This document shows, piece after piece, positions 1 to 10,765 of a stretch of DNA of 64,000 nt. How positions within the stretch are numbered: position 1 is the stretch's first letter; the number at the start of each line of letters is the position of its first letter. The notes under the pieces were generated by a model that searched no databases, was not told the DNA's origin, and worked only from the letters and a program-made list of their open reading frames with translations. Source of the DNA: an uncultured Collinsella sp. (lineage in GTDB: Bacteria; Actinomycetota; Coriobacteriia; Coriobacteriales; Coriobacteriaceae); NCBI GenBank assembly GCA_900550415.1, contig URSO01000002.1, forward strand, positions 3,657-67,656, given 5' to 3'. The position numbers and the translations under genes were made by a program.

Positions 1-164
1 TTACGGGCGTGGCGGTGAACTACTGCAATACGCTCATCAAGCTGCGCCAAAAGGACACCATGGCGCGCTTCATGGATGATCTTGAGCATTTGGAAGAGCT
101 CGATCGTGACGAGCTCGCTGACCTGTCGCGCCGCGTGCGCGAATATCGCCGACGCCAACGCTAG
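1..164 (+). CDS. C-terminal fragment of a gene entering from the left, possibly a small ion/potassium channel family protein
   Basis: Open frame TGVAVNYCNTLIKLRQKDTMARFMDDLEHLEELDRDELADLSRRVREYRRRQR ends at TAG 162-164; the family guess is from recall only. Confidence 0.5.
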   Translation, partial: TGVAVNYCNTLIKLRQKDTMARFMDDLEHLEELDRDELADLSRRVREYRRRQR

Positions 165-200
165 AACGGGCGCCGTGCGTCACGACGAGGGGGACTGAAT

Positions 201-734
201 ATGAATATCACCGTGTATCTGGGCGCCAGCGTCGGCAATGACCCGGCGTTTCTGCCTGCGGTGCAAGAGCTGGGCAACTGGATTGGCTCCAACGGGCACG
301 CGCTGGTATACGGCGGGTCCAAATCGGGCCTGATGGGCTCGCTTGCCGATAGCGTGCTCGATGCTGGCGGGCATGTGACGGGCGTTGAGCCGAGCTTTTT
401 TATCGAGGCAGAGTTTCAACACGAAGGTATTGACGACCTTATCGTGACGAGCGATATGGCTGAGCGCAAAGCCAAGATGATTGAGCTTGGTGATGCCTTC
501 ATTGCCTTTCCCGGCGGGACGGGCACGCTCGAGGAGATTGCCGAGGTCATGTCTGCGGTATCGTTGGGACACCTGAGTGCTCCGTGCATTCTGTACAACC
601 TGGACGGTTACTACAACGACCTCAAGGCGCTGCTCGGGCATATGATCGATAAGGGGCTTTCGAGCTCGAGGCGCCAGCACGGCATCTACTTTGCCGACGA
701 TTTGCGCGAGATTGCCTCGATTATCAACGGATAA
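201..734 (+). CDS. LOG family (TIGR00730) nucleotide-binding protein / phosphoribohydrolase
   Basis: LVYGG..GLMG, RKAKM and PGGTGTLEE motifs; RBS GAGGGGG upstream. Confidence 0.9.
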   Translation: MNITVYLGASVGNDPAFLPAVQELGNWIGSNGHALVYGGSKSGLMGSLADSVLDAGGHVTGVEPSFFIEAEFQHEGIDDLIVTSDMAERKAKMIELGDAFIAFPGGTGTLEEIAEVMSAVSLGHLSAPCILYNLDGYYNDLKALLGHMIDKGLSSSRRQHGIYFADDLREIASIING

Positions 735-857
735 GTCTTGAGCCTTCCCCGCTGTGAATCCCAATGGTGCCGTTTGCGGCGCAGATGGTTAGCTCGTTCA
801 GCAACGCTCGCTCTACAATTAATGTATCTATGTCGATTTTGACCGCGGGAGGACCCG

Positions 858-2162
858 ATGGATAACCTTGCCAAACCCACAAACCGCGCGCTGTTTTTGG
901 TCAGCGTTGCCGTGACCGGTGCACTCGCGGGTGCTGCAGTCTGGCTATTCTTCTTTGCGATGGAGCACGGCATTGATTATTTGTGGACCGAGGTCCCGCA
1001 TATGCTGGGTGTCTCTTCGCCCGAACTCGCCAGCGGTCCGTTTGGCTTTTTGCCGTACCCGTTTTTTGTCTGCCTGCTGGGCGGCTTGGTGATTGGCCTG
1101 TACGAAAAGATGACGGGCGCCAAGACCGACGACCTCAACCAGGTCATGGCCAAGGTCAAGCAAGACGGTCGCTACCCGTACGACAATCTGGGCAAGCTGT
1201 CGATTGCGGCGCTGCTGCCGTTGCTGTTTGGCGGAAGTATTGGACCGGAGGCCGGCCTGACCGGCGTTATCGCGGGACTATGCAGCTGGGTCGGCGATCG
1301 CATGCGTCGCTTTGGAACTGAGTTTAGGGAGCTCACGCTGCTGGGCACCCAGGCTGCTCTGACGGCGCTCTTTACCGCGCCCGTGTTTGGCTTTGTGGCG
1401 CCGCTTGCCGGAAGTGCTGACGGCCAGGGCGAAGACGCCGACGATGAGTCCGCGTCCGGCGAGATCACCATCAAACTGCCCAAGGCGCAAAAGACGGTGG
1501 TCTACGGCATTGCGATTGCCGGCGGCTTGGGCACCTATCTGCTGCTCGGCCAGCTCATGGGCGGCGGCATGGGCATGCCCAGGTTCGAGGCCGCCGAGGT
1601 GGGCAACCTCGAGCTTGCCTGGCTTATTCCCCTGGCGCTCGTCGGCACGGCCTGTGGCTGGCTGTACTTTGTCTCGGAGCACGCGAGTGAGGCATTGGCT
1701 CATGCCGTGGGGGAGCGCCCTGTCGTCAAAGCCATGCTGGCCGGTCTGGCGCTCGCCATCTGCGGCACGGTTTTGCCCTACACCATGTTTGCCGGCGAGA
1801 CCCAGGCCGACGTGCTCATGGAGACCTATATGACCATTCCCGCTGGCGTGCTTATTGCAACCGGTCTTGTCAAGGCCATGTTGACGCCTGTCCTCATCAA
1901 CCTTGGTTGGCGCGGCGGCCACTTCTTCCCCGTTATCTTCTCGGGCGTGAGCCTGGGCTATGGTCTTGCCATCCTTACGGGCGCCGATCCGGTCTTTTGC
2001 GTCGCCGTCTGCACGGCATCGACGATGGGTGCGGTCATGCGTCAGCCCGTCATGGCCGTGGGCCTGCTGCTCATGTGCTTCCCGCTCAAGGGCATCGTCT
2101 GCATGATCATCGCCGCCGTTATCGCCGCCGGCATTCCGCTGCCCAAGTCGCTGCGCAAGTAG
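858..2162 (+). CDS. CLC-superfamily (YfeO-like) chloride/ion channel protein
   Basis: Polytopic membrane protein with GGSIGPEAG and GWRGGHFFP motifs; RBS GGAGG. Confidence 0.8.
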   Translation: MDNLAKPTNRALFLVSVAVTGALAGAAVWLFFFAMEHGIDYLWTEVPHMLGVSSPELASGPFGFLPYPFFVCLLGGLVIGLYEKMTGAKTDDLNQVMAKVKQDGRYPYDNLGKLSIAALLPLLFGGSIGPEAGLTGVIAGLCSWVGDRMRRFGTEFRELTLLGTQAALTALFTAPVFGFVAPLAGSADGQGEDADDESASGEITIKLPKAQKTVVYGIAIAGGLGTYLLLGQLMGGGMGMPRFEAAEVGNLELAWLIPLALVGTACGWLYFVSEHASEALAHAVGERPVVKAMLAGLALAICGTVLPYTMFAGETQADVLMETYMTIPAGVLIATGLVKAMLTPVLINLGWRGGHFFPVIFSGVSLGYGLAILTGADPVFCVAVCTASTMGAVMRQPVMAVGLLLMCFPLKGIVCMIIAAVIAAGIPLPKSLRK

Positions 2163-2202
2163 CGTATTGCGCTTTGCGTTTGTTTAGAACTCGTTTTAAA
2201 GA

Positions 2203-2239
2203 AGCCGCGCGAGGCCGTTTGTTTACGGCTCGCGCGGCT
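2203..2239. terminator. Hairpin between convergent genes (probable terminator)
   Basis: AGCCGCGCGAG...CTCGCGCGGCT inverted repeat. Confidence 0.6.
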
Positions 2240-2244
2240 ATTGT

Positions 2245-2982
2245 TTAGAGCTTCCTCAGCATGATGGCGATGGTGTTGAGGTATTCGAGCGCGCCGGCTT
2301 CAACGGCAGCGCGGTCGCCTGCTGCATATTCGTTGTCGCAGGCGAGCCAGTCTTCCCATGCTTCGTCTGTGCAGAGCATGGGCTGCATCGAGACAATCTC
2401 GACGCCGGGGGTCGGCTCGATCATGGCGCGCCACCAGGCTATGTCATGCATATAGTCGAGCTGCTCGGGTGTCCAGGATTTGAGCAGGCAAACGGGCAGG
2501 TTGTCGTGGCAGTCGCGAACCATGCCCGGGATGCTTAAGTAGAGCATCCCGCCTTGCTTTACGTAGGGGAGTAAGCGCTCGCCCAGGTAATGTGGATCGC
2601 GACCGTAGTAGTTGTACGAGTCGATGCTCACGACCGCATCAAAAAAGTCGTGCTCAAACGGTAGACCCTGTGAGGCGTCCGCCTTGACAGGGTGAATAAC
2701 GTTGCGGGGAATGCCGAGCGAATCGAAGAACGTGCGGTTTTCGACGGGGTCGCTCCACAGGTCGACGGCGTAGGTGTCAAACCCGTATTCGCGGGCAAGC
2801 AGGGCGCTGGTGATACCGGTGCCCGACCCAAGGTCGCAGACACAAGCGCCGCGGGGGATGCTTGCACCGCGAAGGAGCTCCTCGCAGAGCTTGAGGGGGT
2901 TTGGCCCCATGATTTTAGAGCGTACGAGTGTCGCGTCGAAGCTGGTGGCTTTTGGGAAGGATTGAGATTTCGCAGAGCTCAT
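2245..2982 (-). CDS. Class I SAM-dependent methyltransferase
   Basis: VCDLGSGTG motif I and FDAVVSID motif. Confidence 0.85.
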   Translation of the reverse strand: MSSAKSQSFPKATSFDATLVRSKIMGPNPLKLCEELLRGASIPRGACVCDLGSGTGITSALLAREYGFDTYAVDLWSDPVENRTFFDSLGIPRNVIHPVKADASQGLPFEHDFFDAVVSIDSYNYYGRDPHYLGERLLPYVKQGGMLYLSIPGMVRDCHDNLPVCLLKSWTPEQLDYMHDIAWWRAMIEPTPGVEIVSMQPMLCTDEAWEDWLACDNEYAAGDRAAVEAGALEYLNTIAIMLRKL

Positions 2983-3261
2983 TGTTCTTTCCTATCAGGT
3001 GCATATGTGGCAGATGACGGAGGCGGAACGGCGCAACAAACCACGGCCGCAAGACGGCCGTTTTCAATTTGTATGCGATTGACCGTTCCCTAAAGAACAA
3101 TGACCAAAAAGACATCCCCTTGGATGATCGAGATTGGGCCAAGGCCCGTGACGTCCCCATTGTAGAACGTGGCGCACGGGCTGGGGATATGCCATTTGTC
3201 ACGGATTTACGGATGGGCGATTGCGACCGATTGTGGCCTACGTGGGTCAAGTTTCGCGTGG

Positions 3262-3960
3262 CTACAGATCGCGTGCTCGATAAACCTTGGTGCTGACGGC
3301 GCAGCTGATTGCACATAGCGCGAGGGCAAGTGCGGCGATGCCTGCACACAGACAGCCCAGAACGGCAGGATCGGGATTCGCTCCGGCAATCGACATAAGC
3401 CAGTTGCTGATGGGGTTGGAGGAGCTCAACGTTGCCATGGTAAGACACCCGAGCATGGCAAACAGGCCAACGGATAGGCGCAGCGCCTCCATGTGTCCAA
3501 AACGAAAGAATAACGGCTGTGCCAAAAACACCATCATGAGGGAAATGAGCATCGATGCTGCCGAGGCTATTGCGATCTCAAAGACGGTTTGTCCTGTCGA
3601 GGTCACGCCCGCACTGTTGAAGAGCGGAAGGACGATGATGTTCAAAAGCACGGCGGCGCAGGCCATGATGGCCGAGAAGACAACGATGCACAGGTAGCGG
3701 GCACAAATAATGTCTTTGCGCGAGAAGGGCAGCGTCGCCCGATAACGCTCCCAGCCATTTTGATTGTCGAAGCCGGCCAGCGAGCTCATGGCCATGATGG
3801 GCGACATGGCACTGACCGCGCAGGCACCGGCACTCATGCCGGAGTCACCGTCCGATGCGTTGGCGAGGGTCAACACGACGAATATGAACAGGCCGACGCC
3901 CGCGATGCTCGGGACAAGCGTGCGGACGATGGCGAGCTCAGACATAAAAGCGCGTTTCAT
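3262..3960 (-). CDS. ABC-2 type transporter permease
   Basis: About six TM helices; W.RY..TLPFSRK.II.ARY motif; overlaps the ATPase stop. Confidence 0.8.
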   Translation of the reverse strand: MKRAFMSELAIVRTLVPSIAGVGLFIFVVLTLANASDGDSGMSAGACAVSAMSPIMAMSSLAGFDNQNGWERYRATLPFSRKDIICARYLCIVVFSAIMACAAVLLNIIVLPLFNSAGVTSTGQTVFEIAIASAASMLISLMMVFLAQPLFFRFGHMEALRLSVGLFAMLGCLTMATLSSSNPISNWLMSIAGANPDPAVLGCLCAGIAALALALCAISCAVSTKVYRARDL

Positions 3961-4838
3961 TTCGAAGCCCCTTTCAGCATGAGGCGCAGATAGTCATCAA
4001 TGGTTGCCCGGTCGCAGGGAATTTCGGGGAAGGCCTCGAGCGCCTCGCGACGGTTGGGCACGAGCACGTCCACGCTGTAGGCGTGGTGGGCGGCGCGGGC
4101 GCCTTCGACGCAAGCTATAAGCTCGGCGGCCTGTGCCTGGGAGCAGTGGGCGATGCCGGCACAGTCGGTAATATCCTCGCGCGGCAGATCAAACACAATC
4201 GAACCGTTATCGATGCAGATGACGCGGTCGGCGGCGCGATCGAGGTCGGATGTAATGTGGCTCGAGAGTAACACGCTGCGCTGGCCGTCGGCGACAAAGG
4301 CAAGCAGCTCGTCGAGCAGTTCCTCGCGCGCCATGGGATCAAGACCCGCGGTGGCTTCGTCCAAAACGAGCAGTTTGGCCTTGTGGCTGAGTGCGCAGGC
4401 AAGCTGCAGCTTCATGCCCATGCCGCGGGAGAGGTCCTTGACTTTCGTTTTGGGATCGAGGCCAAATCGGTCGATGAGACTGGCGAACGTTTCGCGGTCC
4501 CACGTGGGGTATGCCGAGCCTACGAGCGCCTCGACCTCGCCCACCTTGAGCGTGGAGGGGAAGGGACACGTGTCCAGGACAAGCCCGATGCGGGAGCGCA
4601 GGTGGCACTGCGTCTCGTCGGGTGCGTTAGCGTCGCGGTGCTGCCCAAACAGGTGCACCTCGCCGGCATCGAGCTTTATAAGCCCGAGCGCGGCTCGAAT
4701 CGTCGTGGTTTTGCCGGCACCGTTGGCACCAACAAAGCCGACGATCTGGCCGGGCTCCACGGCAAGTGTGACGTCGCGCAGCGAAAAGCGGTCGCTCACG
4801 CGGCGCGATACACCTTTGAGTTCTAGCAAGTTTTGCAT
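3957..4838 (-). CDS. ABC transporter ATP-binding protein (YtrB-like)
   Basis: Walker A GANGAGKT, signature LSRGM, Walker B LVLDE; start chosen at MQNLLELK. Confidence 0.9.
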   Translation of the reverse strand: MQNLLELKGVSRRVSDRFSLRDVTLAVEPGQIVGFVGANGAGKTTTIRAALGLIKLDAGEVHLFGQHRDANAPDETQCHLRSRIGLVLDTCPFPSTLKVGEVEALVGSAYPTWDRETFASLIDRFGLDPKTKVKDLSRGMGMKLQLACALSHKAKLLVLDEATAGLDPMAREELLDELLAFVADGQRSVLLSSHITSDLDRAADRVICIDNGSIVFDLPREDITDCAGIAHCSQAQAAELIACVEGARAAHHAYSVDVLVPNRREALEAFPEIPCDRATIDDYLRLMLKGASK

Positions 4839-4861
4839 GGTATAGCCTTTCTTGCAGATGG

Positions 4862-5242
4862 CTACTGCATGGTTTCGGGGGCCACCAGGTCGAGCATCTC
4901 GTGCAGCTTGTCGCGCGTGACGCCCAAGACTTCGGCTTGGCTCGCCGCTTTCGCAAGCAGCTCTTCGATATGGCAGAGCTGGTTTTCGCGCAAGAGTTCT
5001 TGGTTGCCTTCGGCGACAAAGCAGCCTTTGCCCTGCACGGTGCAGATAAACCCGAGCTGCTCCAGGTCGGCATAGGCACGCTTGGTGGTGATGACGCTCA
5101 CGCCAAGATCGCTCGCGAGTGCGCGGATGCTGGGGAGTTTGGCTCCCGCAGCGAGTGTGCCCGAAAGGATCTGAGCTTTGACCTGCGAGGAGATCTGCTC
5201 GTAGATGGGCTTGTCGCTCGAATTGGATAGGATGATGTCCAC
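4862..5242 (-). CDS. GntR/YtrA family transcriptional regulator
   Basis: PIYEQI...KLPSIRALA.DLGVSVIT.KRAY wHTH; first gene of the ABC operon. Confidence 0.92.
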   Translation of the reverse strand: MDIILSNSSDKPIYEQISSQVKAQILSGTLAAGAKLPSIRALASDLGVSVITTKRAYADLEQLGFICTVQGKGCFVAEGNQELLRENQLCHIEELLAKAASQAEVLGVTRDKLHEMLDLVAPETMQ

Positions 5243-5269
5243 AGCGGCTCCTTAGCTGTTGGGCTACAC

Positions 5270-5303
5270 GTGTATATAACCGGTAAGCACAGTATATATA
5301 CAC
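5270..5303 (-). promoter_or_regulatory. Probable YtrA-type operator
   Basis: GTGTATATA-N16-TATATACAC inverted repeat just upstream of the GntR gene. Confidence 0.65.
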
Positions 5304-5355
5304 TATGCACAGTTATGCAAGAGGAAATGTGGGCTCGTCTGTCCCTTCGTTCGTT

Positions 5356-5666
5356 TGTCTCGATCTGTAACATCTGGAGCCGATTTTGGCAGTTAGATGT
5401 TACAGATTGAGACAGCCCCGACCTTCCTGCCTGTTTGTCTCAATCTGTAACACTTAGCCCCGATTTTGGCGGCTATCTGTTACAGATTGAGACATTGGTT
5501 GCCTGCCTGCTTGTTTATCTCAATCTGTAACAGGTAGAGGCTCAAAACCCGTCTTTCTGTTACAGATTGAGACGGAGATTGAGACGGTGTTGGTCTTCCC
5601 AACCGTTTATCTCGATCTGTAACATCTGGAGTCGATTTTGGCGGCTAGATGTTACAGGATTGAGAC
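5356..5666. repeat. Array of four palindromic units with an 80-bp period (REP/BIME-like)
   Basis: T(G/A)TCTC(A/G)ATCTGTAACA-N25-TGTTACAGATTGAGAC at 5356, 5436, 5516 and 5608. Confidence 0.9.
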
Positions 5667-5803
5667 GATCCTTGAGGCGGCTGCCCGGTGCACAGCGAGC
5701 TCGACTAATGAATTTGTCCTGATAGGTGCCCTATGGCGGGATTTCGCGGCTACAATAGTGCGGTTACAACGACGTAATGCACTCAATGCAAGAAAGGATC
5801 CGC

Positions 5804-7417
<1,614 letters not shown>

Positions 7418-7517
7418 TGTGCCGGCGCGGTGGCCCTGCGGGGCTGCCGCGCCGTTTGCTTGCCTGCGGCTGCGTGAGCGGCTATCATACCCACCGTTGC
7501 CTCAAGACCGGGGCGGC

Positions 7518-7560
7518 CGAGCAGTTCGGGTCCGATATCCTGCTCGTTAAACCTAAAACC
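7518..7560 (+). ncRNA. Candidate preQ1 class I riboswitch
   Basis: P1 CGAGCAG/CUGCUCG; loop begins UUCG and ends AUC; A-rich tail AAACCUAAAA abuts the RBS of a VUT-family gene. Confidence 0.55.
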
Positions 7561-7573
7561 AAAGGAGTACATA

Positions 7574-8296
7574 ATGATCAAGAAGGTCATGGAGGACTAC
7601 AAGGTCCTGTTGCGGAGCATTCCCGCGGCAACGGTTTCGCTGTTTTTCGTGAGCGTCATCATGATGAACCTGCTGGCCAACAAAGAGCTCATCAGCCTGC
7701 CGTATCTGGCACTCGACTGCGGCTTTGTGGTGAGCTGGGTTTCGTTTTTGTGTCAGGACATGATCTGCAAGCGCTTTGGCGCCAAGGCATCCATCAAAAT
7801 CTCTATCCTCGCGCTGCTGGTCAACCTGGCCGTGAGCCTGTGCTTTTGGGCGTGCTCGCTCACGCCCGGCATGTGGGGCGCTTACTACGACACGGGTATG
7901 ATCGAGGTCAACGCCGCCCTTAACGCCACCATCGGCGGCACCTGGTACGTGGTGCTGGGCTCTTCGCTGGCAATGCTCGTTTCTGCCGTGGTTAACTCCA
8001 CGCTCAACCAGTCGCTCGGCCGCATGCTCAAAAAGAATAACTTTGCGAGCTTTGCCTTCCGCTCCTATGTGTCTACGGGTGTTGGCCAGTTTATCGACAA
8101 CCTGGTCTTTGCCATTGTGGTGAGCCACACGTTCTTTGGCTGGACCTGGGTGCAGGTTCTTATGTGCTCGCTGACGGGCGCCGTCGCCGAGCTGCTGTGC
8201 GAGGTCTTCCTGAGCCCCGTGGGCTACAAGGTCGTGCGCGGCTGGGAGCGCGAGAATGTGGGTGCCGAGTACCTCGAGCGCCACGCAACCGCCTAA
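7574..8296 (+). CDS. VUT family (YhhQ/QPTR-like) putative queuosine precursor transporter
   Basis: Hydrophobic; N.LANK, D....FG and RSY.ST..GQFIDNLVF motifs. Confidence 0.8.
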   Translation: MIKKVMEDYKVLLRSIPAATVSLFFVSVIMMNLLANKELISLPYLALDCGFVVSWVSFLCQDMICKRFGAKASIKISILALLVNLAVSLCFWACSLTPGMWGAYYDTGMIEVNAALNATIGGTWYVVLGSSLAMLVSAVVNSTLNQSLGRMLKKNNFASFAFRSYVSTGVGQFIDNLVFAIVVSHTFFGWTWVQVLMCSLTGAVAELLCEVFLSPVGYKVVRGWERENVGAEYLERHATA

Positions 8297-8305
8297 GGAG
8301 CAGAT

Positions 8306-8986
8306 ATGCGGGTTTTGATCACGGGCGCTTCGGGCGGCATCGGAGCCGCGTGCGTGCAGCGCTTTTTGGACGAGGGCCACGAGGTCATGGGCTTTGATCT
8401 GCTGCCAGCGGCGATCGAGCACGAGCGCTATCGCCATCTGATCGTTGATGTCCGCGAGCCGGACTCGTTTCCGGGCAACCTTGAGCCTCAGGTAATCGTG
8501 AACGTTGCCGGTACGCAGGATTCGGCCGATGACATCGCCGCCAACCTGCGTGGCACCATCAACGTGACCGAGCGCTACGCCTTTGTGGGGGAGGGGCTTG
8601 CCGCCAAGCCGACGCCGGCTATCAAATCCGTGGTCAATGTGGGGTCGGCGAGCGGACATACGGGATCGGAGTTTCCCGCCTATGCTGCCAGCAAAGGCGG
8701 CATTATCGCCTACACCAAGAACCTTGCAAACCGCCTGGCGCCGCGGGCCATCGCCAACAGCGTGGACCCGGGCGGCGTTATCACGCCGCTCAACCGTTGC
8801 GTGATGGAAGACGAACACCTGTGGAACCAGATTATGGAGCTCACACCGCTTAAACGCTGGGCCACCGCCCAAGAGATCGCCGAGTGGATCTACTTTGTGG
8901 GCGTGACCAACCGGTTTATGACCGGGCAGAGCCTGCTGATCGATGGCGGCGAGGCCGGCCGCACACAGTTTATCTGGCCCGAGTAA
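8306..8986 (+). CDS. SDR family NAD(P)-dependent oxidoreductase
   Basis: TGASGGIG, NVAG, catalytic YAASK, PG...TP and TGQSLLIDGG. Confidence 0.9.
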   Translation: MRVLITGASGGIGAACVQRFLDEGHEVMGFDLLPAAIEHERYRHLIVDVREPDSFPGNLEPQVIVNVAGTQDSADDIAANLRGTINVTERYAFVGEGLAAKPTPAIKSVVNVGSASGHTGSEFPAYAASKGGIIAYTKNLANRLAPRAIANSVDPGGVITPLNRCVMEDEHLWNQIMELTPLKRWATAQEIAEWIYFVGVTNRFMTGQSLLIDGGEAGRTQFIWPE

Positions 8987-8990
8987 CAAG

Positions 8991-9028
8991 ACACGCCCGA
9001 TGGCAAGATTGCCGTCGGGCGCGTTTTT
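8991..9028 (+). terminator. Rho-independent terminator
   Basis: CGCCCGATGGCAA/TTGCCGTCGGGCG hairpin followed by TTTTT. Confidence 0.75.
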
Positions 9029-9119
9029 ATGTCACTCATAGGTAACTTTTGCGGAGCATCATCTCTGTAACGTGCTTTTGAGCTGGTAGAATGAGCCTTT
9101 GAATAAAAAAGGGGGCATA

Positions 9120-10763
9120 TTGGGGCTGTTCGGTTCACACGAGAAGCGCGACGCGGACCGAGCGCGTCGGCTGTTTGAAGAGGCGCTTGCGCAGCAAGGG
9201 CCCAACGTTGCTCTGGTCTTGCGCGCCAACGACTGCCTTCCGCTCTATATCACCCCAAATTTCGAACGCGTATTTGGCGTGTCGTCCGAGCGTATCGGCG
9301 ACGACATCGAGACACTATACCGCTTTATCCCCAATAGCGACCGCGTTCGCATGCAGCGACAGGTGAGGGACTGGGACCATGTGACCCCGCTGAACCTCCT
9401 GTGCTCCTACCATGCGCCCCATGGAGCAAAATCGCAGCTCAGCATAAGGTTTACGATTTCGCTCATACAGAACGGCACCCAGTACCTGGTTTCTGCAGTC
9501 GATGTAACGGCCGAAAACGAGCGCATCGCCAAGGCGGAGGCCGAGCGCGATCGCGCCGTCGAGACCGCCAACGCGCGCACGGACTATATGAACCAGATGA
9601 GCCACGAGATCCGCACGCCGCTCAATGGCATCGAGGGCATGATTTCGCTTGCTCGCGAGCACCATGCGGATGAGTCTCGCCTGATGGATGACTTGTCTCG
9701 CGCCTCGCAGCTTTCGGCCTATTTGCTTTCGCTTATCAACGACATGCTCGATATGAGCCGCCTCAACAGCGGGCGCGTGCGCATTGACGATGCACCGTTT
9801 GATTTGCGTCTGTTTGCCGACGAGATTGAACGCATGTTTACCTCGCAGGCAGCCGACAAGGGGCTTGCGTACTCGGTCAATCTGGAGGACTGCGAAAACG
9901 TCTTTGTCGTGGGCGATCGCATGCGCCTGTCGCAGGTCGTCATCAACTTTATCTCCAACGCGGTCAAGTTTACCGAGCGGGGCGGCAGCGTTACCGTAAC
10001 CCTGCGCGAGATGTACCGGACAGACGACGGCGTGAGTTATATGCTGCGCGTGCGCGACACGGGCAAGGGCATGGACCCGCGCTACATCAGCAAGATCTTT
10101 AAGCCGTTTGAGCAGGAGGACCGCACCATTGCGCGCCGCTACGGCGGAACGGGCTTGGGTATGGCCATCACGAGCGCGCTCGTCGACTTGATGGGCGGCG
10201 AGATCGTCGTCGATACCGAGCCTGGTCGCGGTTCGACGTTTTCGGCCTACATCCCGCTGCGACTTGCCACGCCGGAGCAGGTCGAGGAGCTCAAGCTTAA
10301 GGAGCAGACGCTCGAGACGGCGCTCGATTCCATGGGGTCGTCGTTTACCTACCAGTTTGAGGACAAGCGATTCCTGCTGGCGGAGGATAACGAAATCAAT
10401 GCCATGATCGTGATTGAGCTGCTGGCAAGACGAGGCGCGGCGGTTGATCGCGCCGAGAACGGCCAAGCGGTCGTTGAGCGATTCCGGAGCATGCCCGTGG
10501 GCACGTACGATGCGATCCTCATGGATATTCAGATGCCCGTGCTGAACGGCTGGGAAGCGGCGGAACGGATTCGAGGGCTCGATCGTGAGGACGCCGGCGC
10601 CATTCCCATCATTGCGCTTTCTGCCAATGACTACACCGAGGACGTTGAGCGCTCGCGCAGTGTGGGCATGAACGGACATGTGGGCAAGCCCATCGATCTG
10701 AACGTTTTGAAAGCACAGCTGGCGGCCGCGACGGCCGAGGCAGCTTACCGAGGAAATGAGTAA
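9120..10763 (+). CDS. Cytoplasmic hybrid sensor histidine kinase (PAS-like, HisKA, HATPase, REC)
   Basis: H-box MSHEIRTPL, N-box NAVKFT, G-boxes DTGKG and GTGLG, REC DAILMDIQMP; start uncertain (TTG 9120 after GGGGG, ORF open from 9099). Confidence 0.92.
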   Translation: MGLFGSHEKRDADRARRLFEEALAQQGPNVALVLRANDCLPLYITPNFERVFGVSSERIGDDIETLYRFIPNSDRVRMQRQVRDWDHVTPLNLLCSYHAPHGAKSQLSIRFTISLIQNGTQYLVSAVDVTAENERIAKAEAERDRAVETANARTDYMNQMSHEIRTPLNGIEGMISLAREHHADESRLMDDLSRASQLSAYLLSLINDMLDMSRLNSGRVRIDDAPFDLRLFADEIERMFTSQAADKGLAYSVNLEDCENVFVVGDRMRLSQVVINFISNAVKFTERGGSVTVTLREMYRTDDGVSYMLRVRDTGKGMDPRYISKIFKPFEQEDRTIARRYGGTGLGMAITSALVDLMGGEIVVDTEPGRGSTFSAYIPLRLATPEQVEELKLKEQTLETALDSMGSSFTYQFEDKRFLLAEDNEINAMIVIELLARRGAAVDRAENGQAVVERFRSMPVGTYDAILMDIQMPVLNGWEAAERIRGLDREDAGAIPIIALSANDYTEDVERSRSVGMNGHVGKPIDLNVLKAQLAAATAEAAYRGNE

Positions 10764-10765
10764 CC

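Noticed and set aside
735..857. Fluoride riboswitch upstream of the CLC gene
   Set aside because: No GGxGAUGGxGUUCxCC-type core, and the protein lacks the CLC-F signature motifs
3069..3296. 75-aa ORF and a weak inverted repeat (TGAC..ATCCCC / GGGGAT..GTCA)
   Set aside because: No RBS or recognisable motif, it overlaps the permease end, and the repeat is too degenerate to call
5356..5666. CRISPR array or TIGR-type guide array
   Set aside because: Repeats alternate as inverted arms, the loops are related to each other rather than unique spacers, and no cas or effector gene is in the window
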